The notes beneath the pieces are model-generated. The model was not told the DNA's origin, did no database searches, and saw only the letters and a list, made by a program, of their open reading frames with translations. DNA of 64,000 nucleotides from Pocillopora damicornis (lineage: Eukaryota): assembly GCF_003704095.1 (NCBI RefSeq), contig NW_020845097.1, positions 62,001 to 126,000 on the forward strand, written 5' to 3'. The stretch's first letter is position 1. The number at the start of each line of letters is the position of its first letter. Shown here piece after piece: positions 53,182 through 64,000 of the stretch. Position numbers and translations under genes: made by a program.

Positions 53182-56100
53182 ATGTCTCGACCAGTTTCCG
53201 TTTGCCTGTGCCTTGTGTTCCTCATGCATAGAAAAACAGAGCCGAGAAGTCTTCATTTCAACCAAGGTAAGTTACTTCTAAGCTTGTTTTTTCATTAAAA
53301 GTGTTCCAAAATGATAAGTAAGGAAAGTTGGTTTCAATCAGTTTATTTGCAACATTTTCTTCAAACCCCTTTTGACTCACGTATCCGAGGAAGTCATCGA
53401 GTTTAATAGCTGATGCTTATCTGCTGCTTTGGTAGCATCTCAGAGAACATAGAGGGTCACATGCCGATGATTGCAGTAAACCATGCGCCCTACTCGGCAC
53501 GGTGCAGCTTAAAAAATATAACGGTTTTGCCTTAATTGCTTTAGCATAAAACTGTCTATTTTGGCGAAATAGAAAAAAAGCTGTTTATAGATTTGAGGTT
53601 GACGCTCACTTCATTTCATGTTTAAAATTCGTAGTATGAAGTTAATAGTACGTTGTTCTAACGTCGAGGGGGGAGGGGGCAAACTTAAGTCAGGGTAATT
53701 TGATTTCATCAGCTGAGTTGATAATGTGCATTGGCCACGGTGGTGAGTTTTTAAAGCTGACGGTGTTTCGAGCCTTTCGTAATCATAAGCCGAACGTGTG
53801 TCAAGCTTGTTTAGGTGTAATAAACACGGCGTTCTGTCTTGACAGAATACTCAGTGCTTTGCGAATTAACAGGATGACACAAAATAAGATGAATAGACAC
53901 CAAAAATTCGAAAATGCGATCAACTTTGTGATACTTAAAACCAAAGCTATATAAATCACTTGTTTTTGCCAAAATAAGAAGTAATTTAGTCTGGTCTTAT
54001 TATAAAATGGACTAATCCCACTCTACATCAGCCATTCTTTTAGATAAATCTTGCTTGTCTCTAAGGGAACAGCTCCTTTAAAAATAAGGCCTTTTACATC
54101 TTGTAAATTGGTTGGCGCCTCTGTGGAAAATACCCCCTAGGCTCTGCGAGAAAAATTCTCGACTCGAATTCAATCTCGCGTGGTAAACTCGCTTTTCATC
54201 TCGACGTAATACGATTTACTAAGTGTAAAGCTTTTAGGACAAGATGTCCTCCCTGCGTTTTACCCCATGCCGGAATACTCGAGTATAGGGAATTTCCTTA
54301 ACTAATCCAACAGTACTTAGGGGATGAAGAGGTGACTTGAACAGTTTAATCAGAAGACATGTTTAGTGAAAAACTTTACCCTGGCAGCTCTTCATGTTAT
54401 TACACCAGATTACAGCCTTTCTCTCAGTATCATTTGTTTGTTTGTCAATAAAACTAGTTGTACAGAACAAGCAAAACTAGAACTATTTTTGCAAGAGTTG
54501 ACGCGATCAAACTTAAGTTAAATTATTATTTTGTATGCTGTTTTTTAAATCTTGTTTTGATGGGCACTGACTGAATTAGTTCTATTTCAAACTTCACGCT
54601 ATTGCTCTGCCGAACGGATTTGACCTAGCAGCGTAATTAAGGACCTCACGCCAGCACGTCCGCGAAAACGCCGACATAAAAAACATCCTTTAACAATAAA
54701 CATACATTTTTCGCTACCCTTCCGCATACATTTTGATGTTTTTAATGTTTTAAACACCGTCAGACCTTCTCTTTAACGAAGGCCGGCATCTTAGAGTTCC
54801 AAAGAGAAACGTGAAATCTTTGGTGTTGGGGTTTCCGTTCATCTAGCGATTTCGCGTTGTTATTTTTCAGAGGACGATTAGGAAACTTAATAAGTTTATA
54901 GCGCACGTGAAGATTGTTGTTTTGCACATAAATTATTTGTTTTTCCAGTTTATTCGTTTCCGTAGCTGTCCTGGTTTGTGTTTACGTCAGTTCCCTATCA
55001 CAGTTGCATAAGGACGGGTTCAAAAGTCCAATATGATTTAGTAGCTCAAAGTAAAATCATGACTTAAGAAGCGAAATAACAACTGAAATCTCCCTTCAGT
55101 TTTTAGCCATTTAAGATACATTGAACCAATTCATGAATTAAGTTTGAAACCAGGTCGCCTCGCGCCTCGCGCCTCGCTTCTTGCCGCAAAGTTAGCTTGT
55201 CGCGTTGAAGGGTTTCATGGGTTGTGCGGCAACTCTCGAGCTTAGATTAACATAAATTTTGACTTTAGTTTTAAGGTGATAGCTCGACTCGTGACGCAAA
55301 AGGGCTCAACGAGAAAAGTAACATGCAGAAGAAAACCAGCTAAATACAGGAGTGTATTGAATCAATTACTACCAAATACGAAAAAATTACAAACACTTTC
55401 TAAATTAATACTTTCTTCTTATATTTAGAAGGACCCTTGAACTCACTTCCCGACAGCGCTATTGGTCACTGGCTTCAGAAACATAACATGATGAGGAGAA
55501 TATGTCACAGGGCAACCACGGGCACAGTGCATACAGGTATACCACAGATGTAGAAATTAAGGAAAACTCGAGCTTACAACTTAGACAATACTAACGAGAA
55601 GAGAAAAAACTGTTTTTCACTGTGCTAAATTGGAATGCAAGTGCTGAACAACAGAGTTCAAGTCTTTTATTACCACAGACCAACTTCATTGTTATAACGT
55701 TAAGTTTTTTCATTCAAAATAGCTTGTTTTCAGTTCTTTACTGTTAAATGTTTCCTTAATTTCAACGAGAGGAAAAAACATGTCTATTTATTCCATCTCA
55801 ATTGTCAATGTGTTTTCTTTCCTCTCAACTACAGTCTATTAAGATCGTAAGAAACTTATGCGCGAGAAGGCAAATGGAACCGAAAAAGACAAATTTAATG
55901 AGGGAAGACAAAACGTGTGCAGGGGGTGTATGAGTGCTTTCGGTTCTAGCTCTGAAACGCAAAAATGAAGAGTAAAAGGAATCGAAAATTAAATAAGTGG
56001 AGACCAATGGAACAACAAGGGAGAATGCGTATTGAAAAACGAATTTAAATTTCATTTCCGTTTCACAATTCATGTTTTCAGCTTCCGGCGTCCGGCCAAA

Positions 56101-59100
56101 CTATCTACAGCTCTCGATTCTTTTAAACTTAAAAAGGTTCATTTTGGTAGCCGACGATTTTCAAATCTAAGAATGGTCATGTGTATTAATCTTTTGTCTT
56201 TCCACGTTGTTATTTTGAGAAAGATGGTGTATGGCTGTAAGAAACGTGTAGCGATAAACCAGTATACAAACACTATCGAAGATTATGTCAGTACTATATT
56301 AAGAATAACACTCGGAGCCGAAAACAAAGATTATGCTAAAAAACACATCACGTGTCCCAACACTTGACATTGGCGGTTTTTCACGAGCAGCTGAACTTGT
56401 TGACCACACACAGTATACTGATCGTAGTGTTTTGTTGATCCAGCACGGTGGATTCCTCATCTTAGGCTATTTATAATAGGACATCTCGTGGAAGCATTTA
56501 AAAGTCCGGAACACACATTGCATGTGGGATAGGGGTAACCACATCGACTCACGAAAAAAAGGGTTATACTACCAATGGTTGTTAAGGCGAAGGCCATTTC
56601 AGGAAGGGTACGTATGTAGCATACGTCCTAAGTAAAGTTAGAAAAGCGTGTCGAAAGCGTTTTTGTAGAGATATTCTTCAGAGAGTTACATTTGAGCCAA
56701 GTCGTTGAATGACGGAAGGTAGGATTGAAAAACAAAAAAATTGCGTCTTCCTTCAAGGACCTTTAAGAGTTCTAATACCAGTCTACAATATGTGCACGAA
56801 ATGCCAACCTCTCAGCACAAAAAAAAAAAAGATAAACAGAAGCAATACCAGAGCGTCAAGTTACACGGAATCAAAACACTTGACGATGAGTGACTTGCTG
56901 CCAGCGCGTGATGTTTGCTGTTTTCAGCAATAAGTACCTCAAGTGTTCAAACCGTATCATTTCGTTTCAGGAATTGGACACAAAATCAACGTGATTAGTT
57001 GTCAAACAAGTCTTGTAGCCGCCACTAGGAACGATCAGGAACTAGAGGAAGATGGGGTGTGTATCAACTTATTTTCAAGTTACGATTCACGAGTTTTAGC
57101 TTAGAAGCGCACAAAGGGGTAAACGTTTCGTGCATTTAAAACAGTTGAAACTCGTGAAGAATCGCTCTAAAACCACTTATTCAATATCCTTTGAGAACTA
57201 AGAAGTTAAGAGGCTCTTGAGCTCGTTACACAACCGGAGTGAAATAAAGAGCGGGGTTTAACAAACCAGGAAGTGATGGTCGATTAAAATAGATCGGAGG
57301 ATGAGAGAGGGTAATGCTATGCATCCCTGTAAATCCTAAGAGTGACGAGCATCTAATTTATCCCTATAACGTCACTCCTGAATCGCACATTTAGGTCATG
57401 AGAATAAAGGAAATGATCACCAGGAAAGGAAGATTTTGGTTGGCAAACAAATTCTCTCTGTCAGCTCCTTAGGAAATGTATATAGAGCAGTGTGGAGAAT
57501 ATGCATACTGATGTTAGGGTGTAGAGAGTTAATACGTCCACACACTTACTCAGGCTTAACTACCGGGGTTTCATGATGGGTTTAGAAAAATCGTAGGCGT
57601 TACTCTGAAATCTGACTGATTGATGTGCGCGATTCAGTTCCGACAAAAATTTAATAATGCGCGCGAGAAGTGCTGCAAAGGGGTTTTGCGCCGCATTAAC
57701 ATACGAGGGCAAAAAAACGATGTTCACTTGCAAGAATTTTTTAATGCAACATGTTCAAAATTCCTTTCCGCGAGAAGCCATAAGACGATAGTTTATAATG
57801 AAAAGTTAGCTCATTCGAACCTTTTCACATTTGAAACGTGTTTTATTTTACCTTGAAGACTGTTCTTACAAGAATTAACCAATTGGATATAGAGATGCGT
57901 AATGTCCGAAGCAACGAGACTTCCCCTGTAGCGAGTGTGTTCTTTACATAAGACGTACTTACGTGTCCACATACCTTGACATTTTTCAGAAACTTTGTCC
58001 TGGTACCAATTTTTGCACTGCCTCCCTGGCCGAAGTAAAAACCGTCAGGTCCTTGAGCGATGTTCGTGACGTCACAAGCGCTCTCAGCTGCACCTGTACG
58101 TCGCGTGAAAAGAAATGTCAGCGTATACCTTCTGAGCAAGTCTTTTTCAGAGGGACTAAGTTTGAAACGAGAGTAGATGTTGGTCAGTGCGTTGGAAAGT
58201 GCCTCTCACACGGTAAGTGCTTATTTTGGGATTCAAAGCGCGCCAAATGATAGATACTTATGGCAGGTTCTGATGCAAGTAAGAATGGCGTTGTGTGTGC
58301 AGCCATGTTAATGAGCTCTTTTTCAAAATGGCATCATCCATGTTCGAATATTTTGCACTCTTGAAGACAATTTCTGAATTACAAATTCGAAACGCGTTAA
58401 GAAGTCAATCTTCATATATGCTTTTTAATGGGAGAACGTATGGTTTGTAAAGCATTTTTCTTCTCTAAGCCACAATAAATAGCATTCCCGCACTGGTTGT
58501 TGCAATCAAAGTATTGTTTGAATCATGATAGCCTTTTTCTTTGGATCCTTATTGTTTGGATAAACTCGCTTGAAAGGAAAACAATGAGGAATAAAGCTTT
58601 ACTACATAACAGTTAAACAGCCAGGTTAAAATACGAAAAAAGGCGGTTAACGTTTAAAAATTGTTATAAATCAATTTTGGGAAGGTTGGATTACCCTTTG
58701 GAATCTAGAAATGCCGTCAGTGGTGTCTTAATTGAATTCATATATGCTCCTTAATGTCAGAGTTAAACATTTTCTCTGTTTTAGCCCGTTCCAGGCAGTC
58801 AGTCGGCAAAACGAAGCGCGTTAGTCGCGTTAGGCGCGACAGGAGCGGCTAAGGGAGGCTTGGGTCGGGTTACGCGACCCGTTCCGAGTTTCCCTCGCAT
58901 TTTCAATTCGCCTGCTATTGCATGGTTTGTTGTTTCGTTCCGTTTTCTAACTTAACGTCTAGAATGGACTAGAATAGTTTCGAGAGAATTTTGCTCCGTT
59001 AACACAAGCATGGAAAGAGAAAGCCAAATTGTGAATTTTGAGCAAGGTTATGCATAATCTCGTACCCAGATCCTACCATGTAATTAGTTGACCGTGGAAG

Positions 59101-61127
59101 GTATGGGTACGAGACTTCGTTATGGATAAGTGAAAAATGATACCACACATCTGTTATGAGCTCGGGGCAAAGAAAATCTGAATTAACCGTAATGATTGAA
59201 ACCATAGCCGTCTATGTTGTGGCGGCTTGTTTCCCCCCACAAATATTTTTTTTGACGAGCTAGGACGTGAGCCAGATCATGATATATAACAAGGGTCCTG
59301 TATGGGTAACCAGGCCTTCTGACCTATTTGATTGGGTTGCCTTCAATTAATTTTAGTTTCTCTCGTTTTCTCAGGCGCACGCGACGTCAAATGCCGATCA
59401 ACCTCTTCAAAAACCGTCACAATTATGGGTCCGAACGGTAAGTAACAATAACGTCAACAGAAAACCAAAAAACAAAATTCGGTCATCTGTAACTTAATGA
59501 TCTCTAGTAATTATTTATTCGGGGCTGGGGGTGGGGAGGGGTGGGGGCGGCTGGAGGATTTTTCTGGGGGGTCACAAGGTTTTCTCGGGGAACCTGGGGG
59601 GGGGGGAGTGTCGTTGCCAACAGAGTACAAAGGAGGGATTGTAGAAAATTGACTGCCAATTAACTGCTGTGGTCATAGGAATATCACCGAGCTTTATGGG
59701 GGAACTCAGTAAATATCATCGTGACACAACCAAAAACCCCGGCCCCTTACCCCCCTCCTAGCTTTAAATAATGAACATATCGTAAACGGGCTATGACTAC
59801 TAATACAATTATGTTAAACTTGGCTTGAGGAAAAAATTACATTGTTCACCTAGTCCGTCGACTGTTGCAATGTACTTAATAAAGCTTACTGGCCGAATGT
59901 TTTATGTTCAGGGGCCAGATGTGTTGAGGTGATTCAATCATGCGGATGTGAGAGAAAATGCTACAGGGCGTCACATAATGAGGCTGTTCAAATCCAACTT
60001 AACAATACAACCATGACAGAGGTAAGACAAAAAAGGAATACTACTCCTACACGACAGAGAAACCATCAAATATGAATGAACCTCTGTAACTAACTAACAA
60101 TTATTCTACGAGGGCGCATCAAATACGAGATGATATCATAAATAGTTGGTTATAATAATCTCATGTTCGACAAGCTTGAGTAGAAAAACTGTTTTGGCAA
60201 AAGCGCGCACTAAAAACAACGCTACCAACTAGATTTTATTTGGTTTAACAACGGACGGAAGAAAAAAACAACATGTAAACAAATCATGTTATGCATATAG
60301 CAAATAGACTTAAGTTTCCGTAAAATACCTTAAACCATTTTCATACCAAATTTAGTGGCATTGCTTCACAGCTCGCTCACATAATTTTTTCTCTTTTCGT
60401 TGAGCTCGGTACTATTAGGTTGCAAGAGGTTACAAGCTCATAACGTGGCTCCGTTCAGCCAATCAGAAGGCTAGGTTTAAATAACTGTGATCCAGTTTTT
60501 GCTTTTAATAAATATTCGTCAGTGCGTTTTGGTTAAAGAAACATCGCTTTTCCGACAGGTACAACAATGTAGAAGGTGAATGCTTTTTTTGCTATCTTAT
60601 TTCAGTTTATTCAATTTTTTTTCAGATCATTGATGTTGGACGCTGCGTCGGAACTTGTTCTGGACATGTGAAGGGTGAATGTCTTCTCTGGTAAGTATTG
60701 TGGTGAGAATGAGATGAAATCCAGTTTATCTATGAAGCATTTAAAGGTTGCTAAGCAGAAATTATGTTTTCGAGTGGTGGACCATCGGGCTCTCAAATTT
60801 TTTTAAGATCCTTGCAAACCATGTATGATCCCCAAAATCTTCTGTCCTCCCCACCCCCAGACAGGGTGAAAAATGACCGGTCCCTAAAGGGAAGTACAAT
60901 GATAGATTTGGATAATGGTAGAACATTGATGCTCTTGGATGTAACCGTCTGCCCACTGATTCATTTCATTACACAGGATAAACAACCCAGACGAATCAGG
61001 GTCAAGAGCAAGGCGATGCGTAATCCATACCAAGACGAGACAAAAAGGATGTTACCCAGAATCCACCAGAGTAGAGATATTGGGTGACAAGAGAGTAACT
61101 GTGGTGGAGTCCTGTGCGTGTCGATAA
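53182..61127 (+). CDS. pnhd: Pinhead-like secreted protein with three tandem cystine-knot-like repeats (296 aa). Exons: 53182-53266, 55429-55536, 56971-57056, 57990-58212, 59375-59437, 59912-60021, 60626-60690, 60977-61127
   Basis: All seven introns are GT-AG and phase-consistent (891 nt CDS). After a hydrophobic N-terminus come three repeats of the pattern CxR...(D/N)VGxCxGxC...C...CxC: CHR..INVISC..C..CTC; CQRIP..FFRGTKFETRVDVGQCVGKC..C..GPNGARCVEVIQSCGC; and CYRAS..IIDVGRCVGTC..C..VVESCAC*. The pattern matches my recollection of the Pinhead family; it was not verified by search. Confidence 0.85.
57325..57532. mobile_element. piggyBac-type MITE in intron 3 of the Pinhead-like gene
   Basis: CCCTGTAAATCCTAAGAGTGAC...TTAGGGTGTAGAGAG-TTAA; reverse-complement match to the 6011 copy. 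Confidence 0.7.
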
Positions 61128-62905
61128 ACAAGGCGCTACTGCATAGATCGAGCTCTACTACCTTTTTTAGCAAGTGCAGTTTACATATTGAATAAAGGAG
61201 AGAGAAGAGATGGAAGAATAATTTAGGGCCGGTAATTATTTATCGCCGGGGGGGGAGGGGGTTCGGAATATTCGGGTTATGTCACAAAAATTTTCATAAT
61301 CCCTCTATACGGCTCTGTAGTTCTCTAAGGCAGTCAATTTTCTCGCTTATACTCTGTTAGCAACGACTGAATCCCCTCTGTTCCCCCTTAGAGTAATGAG
61401 ATCCTCAAGCCCACTCTTCTCCCTTCTTGATAATAAATGTGGACTGGTCCCTTAGAGAAATAGCATAAACCACAACAGTGTTGAATGTAAGATGTAGATG
61501 CACAAAAATTATCAGTAAAAATTGACCTCTTAAAGTTAATTAAACAACAGAAGTTTTGGCAGCCCAAGTTAAGTTTGTGATCGCTTCTAATTAATGACCT
61601 TGTCATAATTACAGATGTGACTCGTTTACTTAGCTCATGTGAAATTAAAACAAAAACGCAAGCGAACTTCTCGAAAAACTGGACAAAAAAATATGCAATA
61701 AACGAGGGTGTCAATGAGGTTCGCCGTTTGCCATAAAACGGCAAAAAAAATTAGCCGTCAGGCGTAAAAATTGGCAAAATTTTAATCGTTGGTCGTAACA
61801 AAAGTTAACCGTAAAAAATTTATCTTAATTGCAACGGAAAGAAATTAACCGTAAGCCGTAAAATGGCCAAATTTTAACCATTAGCCGTAAAAGCCAACAC
61901 TCCATTTAGGCCCTCATAAAGTGTCAAAAGTTAGATTTTCGTCCACCTAGAAATTTAATCCCAAAGAAAAAGCCGGGAAAGAAATATGATTATAGAAACA
62001 AATCATGTTATTGCCCCAAAGTTAATCCAAACCGTTCTAAAGATTCTTATGTTGTTAGTCTAATTTTCAAATACAAGGTAGCGTTGTGGTGTAGTGTTTA
62101 TAAATGTTTACAATTTTATTATTTTTAACCTTTTTACCACTTTTTCACGTTTCCGTTTTGTAACATAATACATGTAATTTTTATCTTGTGAGGAAATAAA
62201 GACAATAACGCCTAGGATTACTAAACCGTCAGTCTGTTGAAAAGCAGCGGAGTAATGAAGGCAGCCATTAGTCCATTGAATCCTTAGGGAGACATCTATT
62301 AGCATGAAATCGAATGTAATTGTTTTCATCTCCTTGAGCTTTATTATTCCCGGAGAGTGCCAATCTTTTTTTAATAGGTATAAGAAAAACTGTAAATGTA
62401 AATACGAACGAGACAACTTGCATAGAAAAATTTAGAGATAAGAAAGCCAGACTCTTGCGCTTTTTGTGTGCGGTGTAACTCCTTCGAGCTCATTGGCCAA
62501 GTTTCCCGTTTTGTTCCGTTGAAGAGTATTATTCTTTTAGTGTTAAATATATTTTCCCTCTCAGCGATATTAAATGAACATCAAGACAACTTTGCCAGAC
62601 GTTTCCATCTCTTCAACAATATGCAAAAATTTTCGGAACATTTTGAGCTACTCTACGCAGACAAACGGTCGTTCAGAGAGAGTTCTCTTGTTTTGAAAAC
62701 TGTAATCCCTTTTAACAATTAATATTTTTGCCTTCATAAGCTCTAATTACCACCTGCGAGCCATCAGTATTGTTTCGTCACCTCAGTTCAAGCTTGAATT
62801 ATCAAAGGAGGTGCTTTCAATGGGGCTGCCATTTGAAGAGATCTTAATTCATTTAGCACTATATTCCTTATTAATTCAACTCTCGGTGCAATCTCATTCG
62901 AAATA

Positions 62906-63281
62906 ATGTCGGTGCTATTTCAAATGTTCGGGATCTTTTCCACCTGTATTTGGTCCGCTATATGGATAAATGTCGTCCAAGTCCCTACTATAAGTGGATG
63001 TAAGTTGTGCAACAGCAAAGTGGAACGAGAGAAAAGATTGATTACTGTCCAAGGACAAATTTTGGCGAAGCTCGGTTTAAAGAAGCCCCCAGATGAAAGT
63101 GAAAGTGCTTCGAATGTGAGTCGTCAGGTCTTGCAGACCTACAAAAGTGCGGTGAGGGAAAAAGACAAGCTTTTACTTGAGACGAAAATTTGCCGTTCCC
63201 AGATTGACACCGAAGAGTTTTTCGCGAAGAGAGTTGAGCGAATTCTGCTGGAAAAAGAGGTCGCACGAACGGCTGTATCAA
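62906..63281 (+). CDS. Exon 1 of a TGF-beta superfamily ligand precursor (signal peptide and start of prodomain); the gene continues beyond the window
   Basis: Hydrophobic leader, CxxC, then KRLITVQGQILAKLGLKKPP (alpha1/latency lasso), VLQTY (alpha2) and [11 protein letters not shown] (fastener-like). A phase-1 donor A|GTGAGT lies at 63281/63282. Confidence 0.9.
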
Positions 63282-63619
63282 GTGAGTATGCCATGATAAC
63301 CTTAAAGCTGATTTACATTTAAAAAAACTTTTAATTAGTTTTGTTGTTTCATGATCCATCGTCTTCATTTAATGAATACCGAGATTTTAGTTTATCGCCA
63401 CATTCACTTTTCTCTTGCTAACTTGTCATGACAGCCGTAACTACAAGAACAGGAAAATACGCTTGGAACTCTGTTAATCTAACTGTGAAGGAGACGAAAA
63501 TTGTAGTTTGAGAGAATGGCGAGTCCGAGATATCCGATAGTAAGTGGACGAGGTTACACTGTTCTTGAATAAGTTTCTGTATACATTGAAAAAAAAAACT
63601 CCAAACGAAGTTCAAGATG

Positions 63620-63735
63620 AAGAGAGATGTTTTTCCAAAGTCTTGTTACGAGAGTTTGACGAAGGAAAGATTTGAGTTCCCATGAGGAATCAAATCTTAG
63701 ATCTTAAGATTTCGCGCTCTGATGCTCTATCACTG
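63620..63735 (-). mobile_element. tRNA-derived SINE (degenerate) in intron 1 of the TGF-beta-family gene
   Basis: The - strand reads CAGTGATAGAGCATCAGAGCGCGAAATC...TTTGATTCCTCATGGGAAC...AAGAC...AAAAACATCTCTC; same family as the 17445 copy. Confidence 0.55.
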
Positions 63736-64000
63736 TACAACAGGGAACGATATGGTGAAATAGGTAACGAACTGACAGAATAACTTGACTATTTCACAGG
63801 TTCTAAAGACAGGAATTTCAAAGATATATACTGGCTGAGGTTTAATACCAGTAGGCTGGTGAAGGAGAAAGTTAGCGTGTCTCTGGCAGAGCTGCGCGTT
63901 TATCAGACACCAAACCAGCGACATCCTGTGAGTGATGTGCGAATTGATGTTTGTGAAAACACACGAAAATACAACAAAAACAACATAAATGGCTGCTCCA

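Noticed and set aside
56442-56610. Possible extra exon of the Pinhead-like gene (AG at ~56442, donor near 56608)
   Set aside because: There is an in-frame stop in the required phase; the 56971-57056 exon alone restores the frame.
62906-63322. Calling the TGF-beta-family gene Admp on synteny alone
   Set aside because: The visible prodomain motifs fit TGF-beta/myostatin better, and the diagnostic mature domain is outside the window.

Overview
Eukaryotic, AT-rich animal genomic DNA with GT-AG spliceosomal introns and three 10-N assembly gaps. The repeat families and gene content suggest an anthozoan cnidarian, probably a stony coral (inference). All gene models below were assembled by eye from splice sites and reading-frame phase. 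The left half (1-32 kb) is gene-dense, CpG-poor and full of TTAA-flanked piggyBac-type MITEs. It holds the 3' end of a MARVEL-domain gene, SDE2 (6 exons), two uncharacterised head-to-head genes, a 12-exon anoctamin, an intronless PAQR/membrane progestin receptor, and a protein kinase fused in frame to a C-terminal Rab GTPase. The right half (32-64 kb) is gene-sparse and CpG-rich. It holds three secreted-ligand genes that the ORF track shows only in fragments: a 5-exon FGF8/17/18-like gene (-), an 8-exon Pinhead-like triple cystine-knot gene (+), and, 1.8 kb further on the same strand, exon 1 of a TGF-beta superfamily gene. The most notable signals are the Pinhead-TGF-beta tandem pair with a neighbouring FGF, which echoes the bilaterian Pinhead-Admp pair, and the kinase-Rab fusion.
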